From Octopus vulgaris (taxonomy: Eukaryota): 64,000 nucleotides of DNA. Below, in pieces: positions 1 to 16,282 of the stretch. The DNA lies in contig OX597814.1 of assembly GCA_951406725.2 (NCBI GenBank), forward strand, positions 131,192,001 to 131,256,000, in the 5' to 3' direction. Below the pieces are notes generated by a model, which was given only the letters and a program-made list of their open reading frames with translations, was not told where the DNA came from and searched no databases. Positions within the stretch are counted from its first letter, which is position 1, and each line of letters starts with the position of its first letter. The position numbers and the translations under genes are program-made.

Positions 1-300
1 ATGCTTAGCGGTATTTCGGGGTCGATTAAATAAGTACCACTTACACACTGGGGTCTATGTAATCGACTTAATCCGTTTGTCTGTCCTTGTTTGTCCCCTC
101 TCTGTGTAGCCCCTTGTGGGTAGTAAAGAAATAGGTATTTCGTCTGTCTTTACGTTCTAAGTTCAAATTCCACCGAGATCGATTTTGCCTTTCACCCTTT
201 CGAAATCGTTAATTTAAGTACCAGTTGCGTACTGGGGGGGTCGATATAATTGACATGCCCCCTCCCCCAAAATTTCGGGCCTTGTGCTTAGAATAGAAAA
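1..300 (+). mobile_element. tRNA-derived SINE family A, 5'-truncated tandem/dimeric copy
   Basis: Matches the copies at 9170, 19157, 29290 and 35333 (gttcaaattcc box-B-like motif; gcctttcatcctttcggggtcgat..aagtaccag central domain). Confidence 0.85.
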
Positions 301-1703
301 TAATATTATAGCTTATGTATTGAGCGTTAGGAATCACTCGGCGGAATTTTAAAGAATAAATCCTTATAAAGTTAATACAATCATAATTGAATAATAAGTA
401 GTTTAATAAAACCGCTAGAAGAACATTAAAGAAATTATACAAGCGTTGAATTACCGCCAGAAACTGCAAGAACGCTGAAATTGAGCAGCTACGTAGTTTT
501 TAAAAGATTGGGCTGATAATAGGATTATGACTATCGCTGTAGAAGTTAACAAAGAGAGAGAAGTGATATTCTTATCAGTTATATACTATATAAAAAAAAA
601 AGAAAGAGCATACTAAAAGGCATATAAGTGCGATTACAATGAATATTAAGACTGAAAATTTCATCAACTGACGCAATGTATTCATTGAAATCTACAGATA
701 AATACGATAGTAGAGTTATACCTACATTCCTACAGATATACACAATGGCAAGTCAAGATAAATTCATATAACTTACATACACCAATACGTACGTACGTAC
801 GTAAGCAAATCTACGATACACACGCGCGCACGCACAGACACACGGGGATAAGTCAGTGAATAATGCAATATTTATCTGTATTACATTTTGATTCAGCTCT
901 ATATATATGAGGGTGAATCAAGACGTAATGCAAATGGAAATTGCATTTTCTGACACAGTCTCGTGCGCCCACACGCGTGTATGTGTTGTTGTTGTTAAGC
1001 AACAAGACGGATAAGGGTGATTAGGTGATGATCTAGGGCTTAGGGACGGGAGACCCCAGACCTTGGGAAATATAAAACTTTGGTCGTCATGTTGTAGTCG
1101 AGGGCTCTTCGTTGACGCCCGACACCACTGGGAGGTGGCCCTCGAAGTCGCTGGAAATGGAGATCTCCAGGTCCAAATTCTTGAACGGCCGCGTGTATGT
1201 GTGCGCGCGCGTGTTTAATAAAGGTGACTAGACGCAATTTAAGACAAAAAAGGAAAAAGTTTCACCGTCACTGAAAGTGACTAAGGGTGCAAGGCAGCAC
1301 CAGCATTGCTAGAAGCAAGAGTCAAAGACTCTTTAATCACAAACGAAGCACGGTTTTATGTATTGACAAGGGAGACAACCTCCCCATAGCAGGCGAAGGT
1401 ATCAGATTGGCACGCTAATTTCGCATGAAATTAATGCTCATCGGTGTGCTACTCCATAAATGTGTGTGTGTGAACGATTGATCATATCAACTTACATCCA
1501 CATACAAGATAATTAGATTTGAAATGAATAAATTTTCTTGTTGTATTTAGGAATGGTCATGTTGCCAGTTTAGCCAATAAAAACACACGCACTATATATT
1601 TGGTGTTAATTTACTCTTTATACTCTTTTACTTGTTTCAGTCATTTGACTGCGGCCATGCTTTGCTTGAGCTTTATTTATTTTTTACATTAATCTTAATC
1701 TTA

Positions 1704-1750
1704 TTTCGGCCAGAGTTCTTTTGTCACACTTCTGTAACCTCATCAGTGGT
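1704..1750 (-). ncRNA. Partial hammerhead motif (core and stem II only) in a PLE-like terminal fragment
   Basis: Minus strand reads ACCA CUGAUGA GGUUA..UGGCC GAAA. Stem III and the 3' strand of stem I are replaced by a taagat duplication. Confidence 0.45.
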
Positions 1751-2234
1751 TCTTTGCTTTCTTCTTATCTTATTATTAATTTTCATTAAATTGTTAAACA
1801 TTCTGTAATGGATCACCGTCGTTCGACGATCAGGATTCAGTTGTTCGATCAAATGAATTACCTGCTCCTGACTAAACGTGTACGTGGCTGAGCATTCTGT
1901 GGGCATGTGTAGACTTAACATTATTCTCCGGTACTATCTGTGTGACATAGTGTGTAACAAAGCTGCAGCTTTGGAATCACAGGCGCAATCTACGTGATAA
2001 GCTTCTATACAGTTTCCACCTACCAAGTTGTACTTACAGGGTACGAGTCAACGCGAGATTATAGAAAATAACATTTGACTAAAATGACATACTGTGGGAT
2101 AGAACTCGGGACTTCACAGTTACGAAACCAGTTCGGCCATACTGCGTCTCCAAATATCAAGGATAGAAGTTAAATATAAAGATTGAAATAGGTAGGAAAT
2201 TAGTGTAGCATCATTTAAATTCTCTCTCCCTCCC

Positions 2235-2236
<2 letters not shown>

Positions 2237-2302
<66 letters not shown>

Positions 2303-2398
2303 ACTATCCGTCCATCTATCAATCTATCTTCTCTATCTATCTTCTCCATCTATCTATCTATCTGTCTGTCCGTCTATCTATCTATCTATCTATCTATG

Positions 2399-2435
<37 letters not shown>

Positions 2436-2566
2436 GTCTGTCTGTCTGTCTGGCTGTCTGACTGGCTGTCTGTCTGTCTGGCTGTCTATCTATCTATCCA
2501 TCCATCTATCAATCTATCTTCTCTATCTATCTTCTCCATCTATCTATCTATCTATCTGTCTGTCCG

Positions 2567-2659
<93 letters not shown>
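2237..2659. repeat. (TATC)n/(TGTC)n compound microsatellite with an internal ~190-bp-period duplication
   Basis: Read directly; tccatctatcaatctatcttctctatctatcttctcc occurs at ~2311 and ~2501. Confidence 0.95.
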
Positions 2660-2872
2660 GCTTCGATCTTTCTATTTATATCTATTTAGCTAACTGGCTT
2701 TTGTCTATTGTTGGTGTGTTTGATTAATGTGAAGGAAGAGCTGCCAACACAAATCTTCAAAGTTTTTGGTGTCAAATATATAAATATTAATATTTTAAAG
2801 AAAGAATGAAGCATACAATATATTTTAAGTATGAGTAAGATTAAAGAGAAAAAAACAGTTACAGCTAAATAA

Positions 2873-3091
2873 TATGTGTGTGTGTGCGCGCGTATGTGTG
2901 TGTGTGCGCGCGTATGTGTGTGTGTGCGCGCGTATGTGTGTGTGTGCGCGCGTATGTGTGTGTGTGCGCGCGTATGTGTGTGTGTGCGCGCGTATGTGTG
3001 TGTGTGCGCGCGTATGTGTGTGTGTGCGCGCGTATGTGTGTGTGTGCGCGCGTATGTGTGTGTATGTATATATATATATGTATATATACAC

Positions 3092-3150
<59 letters not shown>
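2873..3150. repeat. 20-bp minisatellite (TATGTGTGTGTGTGCGCGCG) x9 running into (TA)/(TG)n
   Basis: Exact 20-bp periodicity visible over 2881-3060. Confidence 0.95.
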
Positions 3151-3155
<5 letters not shown>

Positions 3156-3634
3156 CAAACGCACACGAATATATGAAGTAGATAACTTATTAAATAAAGA
3201 CTAATACTAAAGAAAACGAAGAATGGGATTATTTTCAAAGTAGAAATAAGACAAAAAGATTATACGTAGTGAAAAAATCCATACGTAGGAATATATAAGG
3301 ATACACGCTTATGTACGTATATACATATACTACAACAACAACAACACACACACACACACACAAACACACACAAACATAAACACATAATTATACATACATT
3401 TGTATGTATGTATGTATGTATGTATGTATGTATGTATGTATGTATGTATGTATGTATGTATGTATGAATATGTTTCAAGTATTAATAACACAAAGATTAT
3501 ATCTAGAAAATATATATTACAGACTAAATATAAAGATATACTTATGTATATACATGTGTGTCTGTATATATATATAGTAAATATACCTGTACAAATATAA
3601 TTCATACACACACACACACACACATACATACATA

Positions 3635-3696
<62 letters not shown>

Positions 3697-3827
3697 TATT
3701 AAATTAGAGACAAAACCACTATTAGGCAAATCAAACAATGAAAGACTTAAGCCAATACATATGATTAATTTATATTATTTAAATATGTAACAAAATTATT
3801 AAAAAATATAATTAATATCCCACTACG

Positions 3828-3874
<47 letters not shown>

Positions 3875-4683
3875 GTGTGTAGAATATTTGGACAGGTATA
3901 TTTAGTATATATATACAAGTATATACATACGTATATCTTTATACTTAGTCTGTATGTATATCCTCGTATGTCCGTATCTATGTATACATTCTCTAGGTGT
4001 TATTTTATTGTCGTAAATATATTCCCATTTTATATGCATTCCTGTTCTTTAAAGATACGTACATGCAAATGTACATACATTTACACACAGAAACACACAC
4101 ACATACACACATACACACACATACTAAAATCAATAAAGGGAGAACTATAAACTTGTCATCAGGAGTGGAAAATCCACCGTTTCGGATAGGGGTGTTTCGG
4201 ATAGGGGTGTTAAAATTTGTGAGATCATTGAGAGACAGCAGGGTTACACATTATCCGAGGTAAAAAAAAAAAATGGCTGCAACTGAGAAGGAACGCAGGA
4301 CCACGTGAGCTTCATACGTGAACAAGAAGGAGTAGGAGAAACAGTGTGAGACGTAGGGAGGAAAGAGTAATGGAATGAGGTTCATGAACAAGATGAGGTG
4401 AGAAGGAAGGTGAAAGATAAAAAAGGATTTAATGAACTAAGGGGAGATGCATGAGTAGAAGAAAAACGTGTGCGATGCCGTATACTGATAAGTGAGTGGT
4501 GGAATGGCCAGAAGTGGATCGCGAGAGGTTGGCCGGCCACACGTAAGAGTATACTTTGAATATGCTCCCGAAAGCAAATAGTAAGGCATCGGCTAGTTCC
4601 CCTAATGTTAAGGGCGCTGCAAAAGTTGCATGTTATGAAATAACTGTAAGACTTTTAATTTTTTCCAATTATAATAATGTAAA

Positions 4684-5120
<437 letters not shown>

Positions 5121-5309
5121 TATATGACTTGAGATGGTTGCCTTGCCTTAACGTTTCTTGTTCTCTTTAACAATTATATATTCGCTACATCGGAAATCTG
5201 CAATGGCTCCATAACTACTGTCTCGGGTATAACCTTGGAGCCCTAGTAATCCGTTACAGCACTTACCTAGCGTACCTAATTGCTTAGATCCCCTGTGATC
5301 TAAACCCCC

Positions 5310-6895
5310 GTATTTTGTATTATGAAATATATAAAGTTAGACGGCACTCAGCAGAAGTTCTGAGTAATATGATATTGTGTCTTAGGCCCAGTGATGGTTG
5401 TAGATCTGTATAAGTTGGGGCAGGTGTTGCCTCGTTGCGAGCGCATTTAAAAGTGCCTGCTTGGTAGGATGGGCTTTGTGCAGTTTCTTACTGGGAGATT
5501 TCCGAGGTTCTTATCTTTTACAGTCGATGTTCTTATCTTTTAAAGGTGGTGCGGGAAAGATTAGAGCGGTTGAGGAGTTAAAAAGTAGAATATGGAAGTT
5601 GCGGATGAGTGTATACTTCAATGAGAGGACGGGTGTGTGGAAGGTGAGAAAAAGTGGAATACGGTCTGTAGGCTTGCGTGAAGAGGGTACGAGAGCTGTG
5701 ACGCGATCGATGGTCTGAGTGCGGCTTTGTGCCGGGTCTACAACTGATCGGGAGTCCTCGCATTATTTGGCACTAAGATTTGAAATCGGAATCAATGCTG
5801 CAAAGCCGGCGAAAGCGACGAGAAGAAGAGTTGTGAAGATAGGAGGAGTCAGTATGTTTGTAGAGGGCAGAGGTAGATAGGTGGATATTGTTTATGATTC
5901 AATGTAGCCTTCAAACAAGCTGACATAATTGGCGCCCATCCTAGTTCCCATAACAACGCCACTGACTTTGTTTATGAATTTCCCCAGCGAAGGAAAATCA
6001 ATTAGCGGTCAGGAAGAGATCGTCTAGGCAGAGGAGTGTAGTAGAAGTTCAGGGTTCAAGCAGGAGGCAACGGTCTAAGAAGTGTTTAAGGACAGGTAGG
6101 CCATCATTATGGAGGATGACTGTGTACAGTGATTTGCTATCTATGGTGAAAAAGAGTTTGGACTCTCCAGATGGAAAAGAAACGAGTTGAAGAAATTTGA
6201 GGCATGGTTGTCTTCTATGTGAGAGGGTAAGGTAGCAATGTGGTTAGAAGCAGTGGGAGAAAGTGAACCGGAAGAGATAAATCCATGATCAGTGGTGGAC
6301 ACTTGTTTCTCCTAATGGCTGGTAAAATCGTTTGATGCCTCCATGTAGAATCGAGGTTTGTTCATTCGGTAGATTGCTTCTTGTCTGTACAGGTCGGATA
6401 CTAAACTACAACAGGATCTGCTTTGTCGACTGGTTTCATAACGATATATCACCGTATACGGAGCTTCTGGGGGATTCTAGTTCTGATGGTGAAGGTTCAA
6501 TTTAGGGAACAGAAGAAGAAAGAAGACATGCACCCAACACCAGAGTTGAAGACTCCTCCGAAAGGTGGCGGGGCGCCTCGTCAAAACGATAGAGGAGTAG
6601 GGGCTGAAACCGGACGTGGTTCCTCCTGATGATGTCTTGAGCTAACTGGATCCTATAAAGGAGTTGTTATGGTAGCAGACCACGAAACACTGTTGAAATC
6701 CCTTTTTCTTGAAATTGAAGTGGCCTACATTGATACGGAGTTTATTGACAAATATATCGACCGAGTGATGTAAGCTCGGCTGGAGATGTGCAAAATGATG
6801 CAGATCTCTGAGTTTAGTAAAGTCGTCCTCTATTTGGGATTTGGGCTTCTGTTGTGGAAGCAGGTCTTGAGTTAGGTTCGACGGAGAAAACACTC
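5310..6895 (-). mobile_element. Degenerate Penelope-like (Neptune-type) retroelement RT plus Cys-rich linker
   Basis: Minus-strand translation across frameshifts gives IVMKPVDKA (cf. IKPADKG), LFFTIDSKSLYTVILH (cf. DVxSLYTxIPH), VSGVVMGTRMGANY (cf. G.AMGT.M.P.YA), RRFRRLCSIDSDF, and GTFKCAR..NTCP..STTITGPK..SNFIY. Many stops and frameshifts. Confidence 0.85.
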
Positions 6896-7288
6896 GTGTG
6901 TGTGTGTGTGTATGTGATGTGATTTGTGTTTTTGTGTGTGTGCATTTCCCTGTAATATTTCAATGGCATAAAAAACAACTTAATTAATAACGAGCCGTCT
7001 TGTGCTCAAATACGCAAAGTAGGTTATCTTCTTATGCTTGCCTCGTTTCTGACTCCTTTGTGTAACAGAGTAAGATTCTAAACTATTTATTCGCAAAAGA
7101 TGCAGAGCATGTCATCTCTAGTGAGCGCCCGAGATAATGGTGAGACACTCAGTTAAAAATAAATAGCCCCATTTTTTCCGTTCATCAAATCATTCAAATA
7201 CGTTCACAATATTCTTACTTTATTTACACCTTGGCTTTATAATACGTGTGTATGTACGTATATATTTTTATGTATGTATGTATGTATG

Positions 7289-7320
<32 letters not shown>

Positions 7321-7447
7321 AATGTATGTATGTATGTATATATGCGTATATACATATTGCATGTAATATATATTATACATACATACACATATATATATGT
7401 ATGTATATTTGTACATAAACATACATACATGCATACATACATATACA

Positions 7448-7488
<41 letters not shown>

Positions 7489-8310
7489 GTATAAATGCAA
7501 GTATGTAATATGCGTATGTATATATGCATATATATATTATTTATATTATTATATGATTGAACGCCACGCATCCTCTTCCAACTAAGTTTTATCTTAACAA
7601 TTCTGATGCGCACTCTATTCTATCCTTTACACTTTCGTTTTTCTCATTCTTTTGCCTCCTTTTCTCCCACTATTCTATCCTATTATTCTTTCGTTTTTTC
7701 TCTCTTCCTTTCTCTTATTCCGCTACCTTCCCTTCTTCCCTCCTTATTTTTACTCATTTATACAATCTCTAAATCTTTTCATCTCCCCTTCACAGTTCTC
7801 TGTCACTCTCTCTCCCTCACTCTTCCTCCTTTGCTCACGTGGCTCCCACGTGACCATCGGACATCTTTCTTTCTTCTCCTAACTTGTGTTTCTTTCTTTT
7901 TCTCTGTTGTAGCTGGATCGAGAAGACGTGTTCTTGTCTGTCTCCTGTCCAAGATTGCTTTTACGCGTTCGCCACCACAACCTCGTTTAGGCTTAGCAGC
8001 CTTTCCTGTTTGTTTTCACTGTCCTGTTTTTGTTACCAATTTTGACCCACCGCAAAATCCCAAATTTTATTTAATTTGCTTTGCGGGAGCAACTGTTTTA
8101 TCGAAGGCGTATCTTGTTGTAAAATGCTCGAAATATGGGAATAGAAAAACAGCCAACAACTGTTGAAGGGTCGTTCTATATCTTGTTTCTCTTGTTTCTC
8201 TTGTTTTCTCTTGTTTTCCATTTTCGTTGCTCGAAAAATCGCTTATATTCTATGTACTCGTACTTCGTATTTTTGTCGTTTATATTTTGTGACGTCCTGT
8301 GCCCACATAC

Positions 8311-8342
<32 letters not shown>

Positions 8343-8424
8343 GTATAGATGTAAGTATTTACATATACGTATGTATATATGTATATATACATATTAATTA
8401 TATTGTATTACATTATATATATAT

Positions 8425-8479
<55 letters not shown>

Positions 8480-9169
8480 ATAATATTGTGAGTGTGTTTT
8501 GGGGCAGACACGCCCCAAATACACGCACACATACTCTCACACACTCGCGTGCATCAATATTCAAGAAAAGTAAATTATTGGGGTATATTTAAAATGAAAT
8601 ATATATTATATATGTACGTTCTGCTGAAGCAGTGTTGCTATGGTTAGAAACAATTCACCTACCAAAAATATTTTAAAATCTGATACAAGGATTTTTTTTC
8701 CTTCTATCAGTTGCTAAACATTATCTGTGAAAATTTTAGGTATGCATACTCAAGAAGTTAATTTTCCAAGCAAATGTTAATCAAAAGAAAATCAAAGAAA
8801 TTCTTTAAGCTTACCTGTTAAGTAATTAGAGAATTCAATTTTATACTCTTCGTATTTTTTCGTGTCATAAGTGTTAGGAAAACTGAGGTCTTGAAAGTAA
8901 AGAATAACTGTATTGGCTTTGCATGGGATGCGTTGTCGCCAGTAACCCGAGATTTTGCATCAACCTGCCTTAATCTATTCTTTTTACAATTTTTGTGCTA
9001 AGAAGTTTGCTTCCCGACTTCATGGTTACGGGTTCATTCCCACTGCATGTCACTTTGACCAAAAATTTTCTGCCACAACCTCGGGCCGACCAAATCCTTA
9101 TGCGTTGTTTTGGATGACGGAAACCGGAATAATCCCGCTGTATACCTGTCTATCTATCTATCTACTATC

Positions 9170-9742
9170 TGGCAGAAACGTTAGCACGCCGGGCGAAATG
9201 CTTAGCGGTATTTCGTCTGCCATTACGTTCTGAGTTCAAATTCCGCCGAGGTCGACTTTGCCTTTCATTCTTTCGGGGTCGATAAATTAATTACCAGTTA
9301 CGCACTGGGGTCGATGTAATCGACTTAATACCTATGTCTGCCCTTGTTTGTCCCCTCTATGTTTAGCCCCTTGTGGGTAATAAAGAAATAGGTATTTCGT
9401 CTGCCATTACGTTCTGAGTTCAAATTCCGCCGAGGTCGACTTTGCCTTTCATCTTTTCAGGGTCGAAAAATTAAGTACCAGTTACGCATTGGGGTCGATG
9501 TAATCAACTTAACACCCTTGTTTGTCCCCTCTATGTTTAGCCCTTTGTGCGCAATAAAGAAATAAAAAACTTTAGCACACCGGGCGAAATGTTTAGCGAT
9601 ATTTCGTCTGTCTTTATGTTCTGAGTTCAAATTACGCCGAGGTCAACTTTGGCTTTCAACTTTTCGGGGTCGATGAATTAAGAACCAGTTGAGTACTGGC
9701 CCCTTCCCCCAAAATTTCTGGCCTTGTGCCTAGAGCAGAAAA
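9170..9742 (+). mobile_element. SINE family A, tandem multimer (3 partial units)
   Basis: gttctgagttcaaatt(c/a)cgccgaggtc repeated at ~9227, ~9411 and ~9618. Confidence 0.9.
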
Positions 9743-9810
9743 GTTATCAGGGAAAAAAAGCAGTTTCACCAAATGAATTTTCAACGCATTTATATTTTCA
9801 CCTTATAATA

Positions 9811-10188
9811 ATGGAAGCACTCCGTCGGTTACGACGACGAGGGTTCCGGTTGATCCGATCAACGGAACGGCCTGCTCGTGAAATTAACGTGTAAGTGGCT
9901 GAGCACTCCACAGACACATGTACCCTTAACGTAGTTCTCGGGGATATTCAGCATGACACAGAGAGTGACAAGGCCGGCCCTTTGAAATACAGGTACAACA
10001 GAAACAGGAAGTAAGAGAAAGTTGTGGTGAAAGAGTACAGCAGGGATCGCCACCATCCCTGCCGGAGCCTCGTGGAGCTTTAGGTGTTTTCGCTCAATAA
10101 ACACTCACAACGCCCGGTCTGGGAAACGAAACCGCGATCCCACGACCGCGAGTCCACTGCCCTAACCACTGGGCCATTGCACCTCCAC
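9811..10188 (-). mobile_element. tRNA-derived SINE family C with 13-bp TSD
   Basis: Head gtggaggtgcaatggcccagtggttagggc on the minus strand; TSD tttcaccttataa at 9796-9808 and 10189-10201. Confidence 0.9.
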
Positions 10189-10752
10189 TTTCACCTTATA
10201 AAAATGCCAATGAACACAGTATGGACGGCGGCGAATTCTCGTATTATCTTTAGCTCCTTTTTTTCTCACTCTCCCATCATCTCGCAATCCGTCCGGTATA
10301 CATATCTATACGTGAAACTATGATATATTTATGAAGATGCATAAAACAAAACCTACAGACGTACACATTCACTGATTCCAAATACTTGCATATATACATA
10401 CATAGATAGACAAATGGACAACTACTCTGTTCATTGTGAATTTCTAATGAACGAGCTTTCGTTCTAGGTTAGAAACCGGCTCTTTCTTCATTGACAAGAA
10501 ATCCAGAAGTAAAACAAAACAACACACACACTAACATATACATACACATATATGTGTACGTTTATGTATACATACATACATACATACATGCATACATACA
10601 TACATACATACATACATACATGCATACATACATACATACATACATACATACATACATACATACATACATACATACATACGTACGTACGTACGTACATACA
10701 TACATACATACATACATACATACATACATACATACATACATACATACATACA

Positions 10753-10780
<28 letters not shown>

Positions 10781-10783
<3 letters not shown>

Positions 10784-12540
10784 TCCAAGGAGACAGCCGT
10801 TCTGTGATGTTGTTTATACTTTCTGTAAACCCTTTGTCATTCGTGTTAAGGAAGTCTGAAGGATATCTCACTGGTTCACAAGGAAACAGAAATATTAAAA
10901 TTACACACTGTTTCTTTGTGGATGAGTTGAAGCTTTATGCAAAGAACATGCATGAGAAGAAAAAGAGGCTTGACCTAGTTACAATATTCTCAAAGGTTGT
11001 AGGGTAGGAGTTTGGCCATGATAAATGTTGTTATATGGTTGTAAAAAGGGGGGGGCACTATAAACCAGACTAGTAACATATCCATTAATGAGTTGACTGT
11101 TTGCCCTGTATCTGGCGAGGAACGTTACAGGTATCAAGGGGTGGATGAAAACATATCTTACAATTTCACCTGTAACAAAACACGTGTCACTAAAGAATAT
11201 TACAGCCGAATAGAGAAAATTTGAACCTCAGAACTCTCTGCATTCAGTAAAACAGTGGCCCACAATATGTTTGCAGTGTCAGTATTTGGGATGCTTGATC
11301 AGACGCTTGATAAGATCCGAGCCATTGATACGAAAACCCGAAAAATACTAACATGCTTCAGCAAAGTTCCTTGTCTGATAACCTTAAATACATGGCAAAA
11401 GAAGTCGCACAACTCTACCGTAATATATCATCAAATGAAAAGATAAGCCTATATGAGCAGCAGACTACGCATCAATATGTTAGTAGAAAGTTCAGAGATG
11501 ATAGTAACATGGATTATGAAAGCAGTCTATCATGGACCAGTAGCTGGAGTAGTACCTCCCACTTTTAAGGGTATGCGTCTGAAATCCAGGGACAGGAAAT
11601 ATCAAGTAAATACCTGTTGCACAAAAGGTATAAGGATGCAGGAAAAGCAGTAAGATGGGACAACCGATGCAGACTTTGTGGAGTTAACACTGAAGATATC
11701 ACCCACATCATAAGCAGTTGTCCGAAAATGTCATCAGGGTATTATCTACCGATGAGACATGATGTTGTAGCTAGGACTCTTAATAATGAAATCCGTCGGA
11801 AAGATAAACCCGAGGACAAAGAAATAAGAACCCACATTATGATAGAAGCCATAGCCACTCATAGTAAAAAGGTGTAGTGGTGGAATATCCCAATGAAAAC
11901 CTTAATAAAATTTAAGCACAACAGACCTGATATAATGATTTGAGATAGAGAAGAGAATCTGTGTACAGTTATTGAAATTAGCTGCCCAGTTCAAGGTCAG
12001 TGAAAAGGAGAATCCCTACACTGAACTATTGAGTTACTCTATCCAGAATACAAGTTCAAGTTTATACCTGTAATTATTGGAGCTCTGGGAAATATAACAC
12101 TCTAAATATCTAACACTGCCTAAATACTAATCTTATAACACTGCCTAAATACCAATCTTGAGAAATTAGACTTCTCAAAAGCAGAAAGGAGAAGGCTAAT
12201 TCGAAGCCTACAGATGTAATCCATCACAGGAACTGTAAATATCTGTGAAACTTACGAGAAGTTTATCATTTAAATATATATGAGCATGTCTAGATATGCA
12301 ACTGTATGCATGAGAATACAAACATAAAACAAAACATGCAAATCTGCACGTATGCATACATACATACATACATACATACATACATACATACATACATACA
12401 TACATACATACACTCATACATACATACATACATACATACATACATACATACATACATACATACATACATACATACATACATGCATGCATACATACCGGCT
12501 CTTACTCTATTGGCGAGAAATCTTGAAATAAACTGAATAA
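10781..12540 (+). mobile_element. 5'-truncated R4/Dong-clade non-LTR retrotransposon (RT, CCHC zinc knuckle, RLE endonuclease), degenerate
   Basis: FQGDSRSVMLFILSVNPLSF and THCFFVDELKLYAK (RT); CRLCGVNTEDITHIISSC..RHDVVA (CCHC plus RHD); KHNRPDIMI*DR..EISCP (PD-D/ExK-type RLE). Flanked by (TACA)n. Confidence 0.9.
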
Positions 12541-12583
12541 TGACATACATACATACATACATACATACATACATACATACATA

Positions 12584-13080
12584 CAGTGAAAAAGAGAATA
12601 CTTACACTGAACTATTGAGAAATGTGTAGTTACTCTATCCGGATTACAAGTTCAGGTTTATATCTGTAATTATTGGGGCACTTGGATATGTAATGCGCTG
12701 CCTAAATACCAATCTTGAGAAATTAGGCTTCTCGAAACCAGAAAGGAGAAAGCTGGTTCGAAGACTATAGATTCCAGCCATCATTGGAACCATAAAAATC
12801 TGTAAAACTTTCCAGAACTTTATCCTTTAAGTATAGATGAGCATGTCTAGATATGCAAGTATATGAATGAGAAGACATACATAAAACAAAACATACAAAT
12901 CTGCACGTATACATACATAAATGCATGCATACATACATACATACATACATACATACATACATACATACAAAAATTCTGTTGTTGATGTTGAAGTTGAAGT
13001 ATTAATGAAAGAGCCTTGGATCTAGGTTAGAAACCGGCTCTTTCTCTGTTGGCAAGAAATCTTGAAATAAAACTGATTAA
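12584..13080 (+). mobile_element. Second, shorter 3' fragment of the same R4/Dong LINE
   Basis: Homologous to 11998-12540; preceded and followed by (CATA)n. Confidence 0.9.
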
Positions 13081-14067
13081 TGACATATATACATACATAC
13101 ATACATACATACATACATACATACATACATACATACATAAATACATACATACATACATACATACATACATACATACATGCATACATACATGCATACATAC
13201 ATACATACATACATACATACATACATACATACATGCATACATACATACATACATGCTTATGAGCAAGATCTTTTATATAACGAATATATATATATATATT
13301 TAATCTTTTTTTTTCCAGAGTGTGTTTAATTCGCTTTGAAAATAAATTACCACTAGTTTATACCATGATACTCCGTAAGCAGAATTATTAGTTAAAAAAA
13401 CAAAAAAAAAACAGTTTCACCAAATGAATTTTCAACGCATTGATATATTCACCTTATAACAATGCCAACGAACGCAATATGGACGGTGGCGAAGTCTCGT
13501 CTTAGCTTGAATTCCTTGTTTTACTCACTCTCCCATCATGTCGCAATTCGTCCGGTGCCATATCCTGATACAATTAACTATGGAGTGAGTGAGTGCGCAG
13601 TGCTTTCTCAGAACAATCGCTATAATATTTCGTCAAAGAGAACAGAAAGATTAATTTCCCATTATGTCTCTGATTATATTATTGTGTGACCTTAATATGT
13701 ATAATGGTTAATATCTATAATGGCGGGTGTACAACGTTCACCTAGTACACCTAGAATACACGCCCCGGACGTCTCCGCATGTTGTACGTATATTATATTT
13801 ATATGTTACATAATATATGTCTATATGCATATATATATAAATATATACAAACATGTGTGCGTATTTACAAATATATATGCAAATATACATACATATATAT
13901 AACATCGTTTTGTATTCTTGTAAACACACACCTACATGTGTGTTATTCGTGTTCTCGTCTTTTTTTAATCATTGGAATTCTTCCTCAGAAAAAAAAGAAC
14001 TGGTTTCTGACAAAGATACAAAGCTCTATCGTTGGAATGTAGATAACAAAAATATCTTTGCGTGTGT

Positions 14068-15631
<1,564 letters not shown>

Positions 15632-15751
15632 TACATACATACATACATACATACATACATACATACATACATACATACATACATACATACAAACATTCAT
15701 ACATACATACGTACGAACATGCTAGTGTGTAGGTTCATTTATATCACAAAC

Positions 15752-16000
15752 ACTCTTTTACTCTTTTACTTGTTTCAGTTATTTGACTGTGGCCATGCTG
15801 CAGCATTGACTTTACGAGAGAAAATCGACCCCAGAACTTATTCTTTGTAAGCCTAGTACTTACTTATTTTATCGGTCTCTTTTGCTGAATCGCTAAGTTA
15901 CGGGGACGTAAACACACCAGCATCGGTTGTCAAGCTGTTGGGGGGATAAACACAGACACACAAACACATGCACATACACACACACACACACACACACATA

Positions 16001-16070
<70 letters not shown>

Positions 16071-16241
16071 CATACATACGACGGGCTTCTTTCAGTTTCC
16101 GTCTACCAAATCTACTCACAAGTCTTTGGTCGGCCCGAGGCTATAGTAGACGACACTTACCCAAGGTGCCACGCAGTGGGACTGAACCCGGAATCATGTG
16201 GTTGGTAAGCAAGCTACATACCACACAGCCACTCCTACGCC
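15752..16241 (-). mobile_element. SINE family B
   Basis: Full-length homolog of 4684-5120 in reverse orientation. Confidence 0.9.
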
Positions 16242-16282
16242 AATTATATATAAAAAATATATTTTTTAAAATCTTTTTCCTG

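Noticed and set aside
4140-4260. CUGAUGA and GAAA boxes on the minus strand near a gtttcggatagggg duplication
   Set aside because: The order and pairing do not assemble into a hammerhead; at most a scrambled remnant
7590-8310. 186-aa F/S/L-rich ORF
   Set aside because: Pyrimidine-rich low-complexity tract, probably a retroelement 3' region; no motif support and no convincing hammerhead
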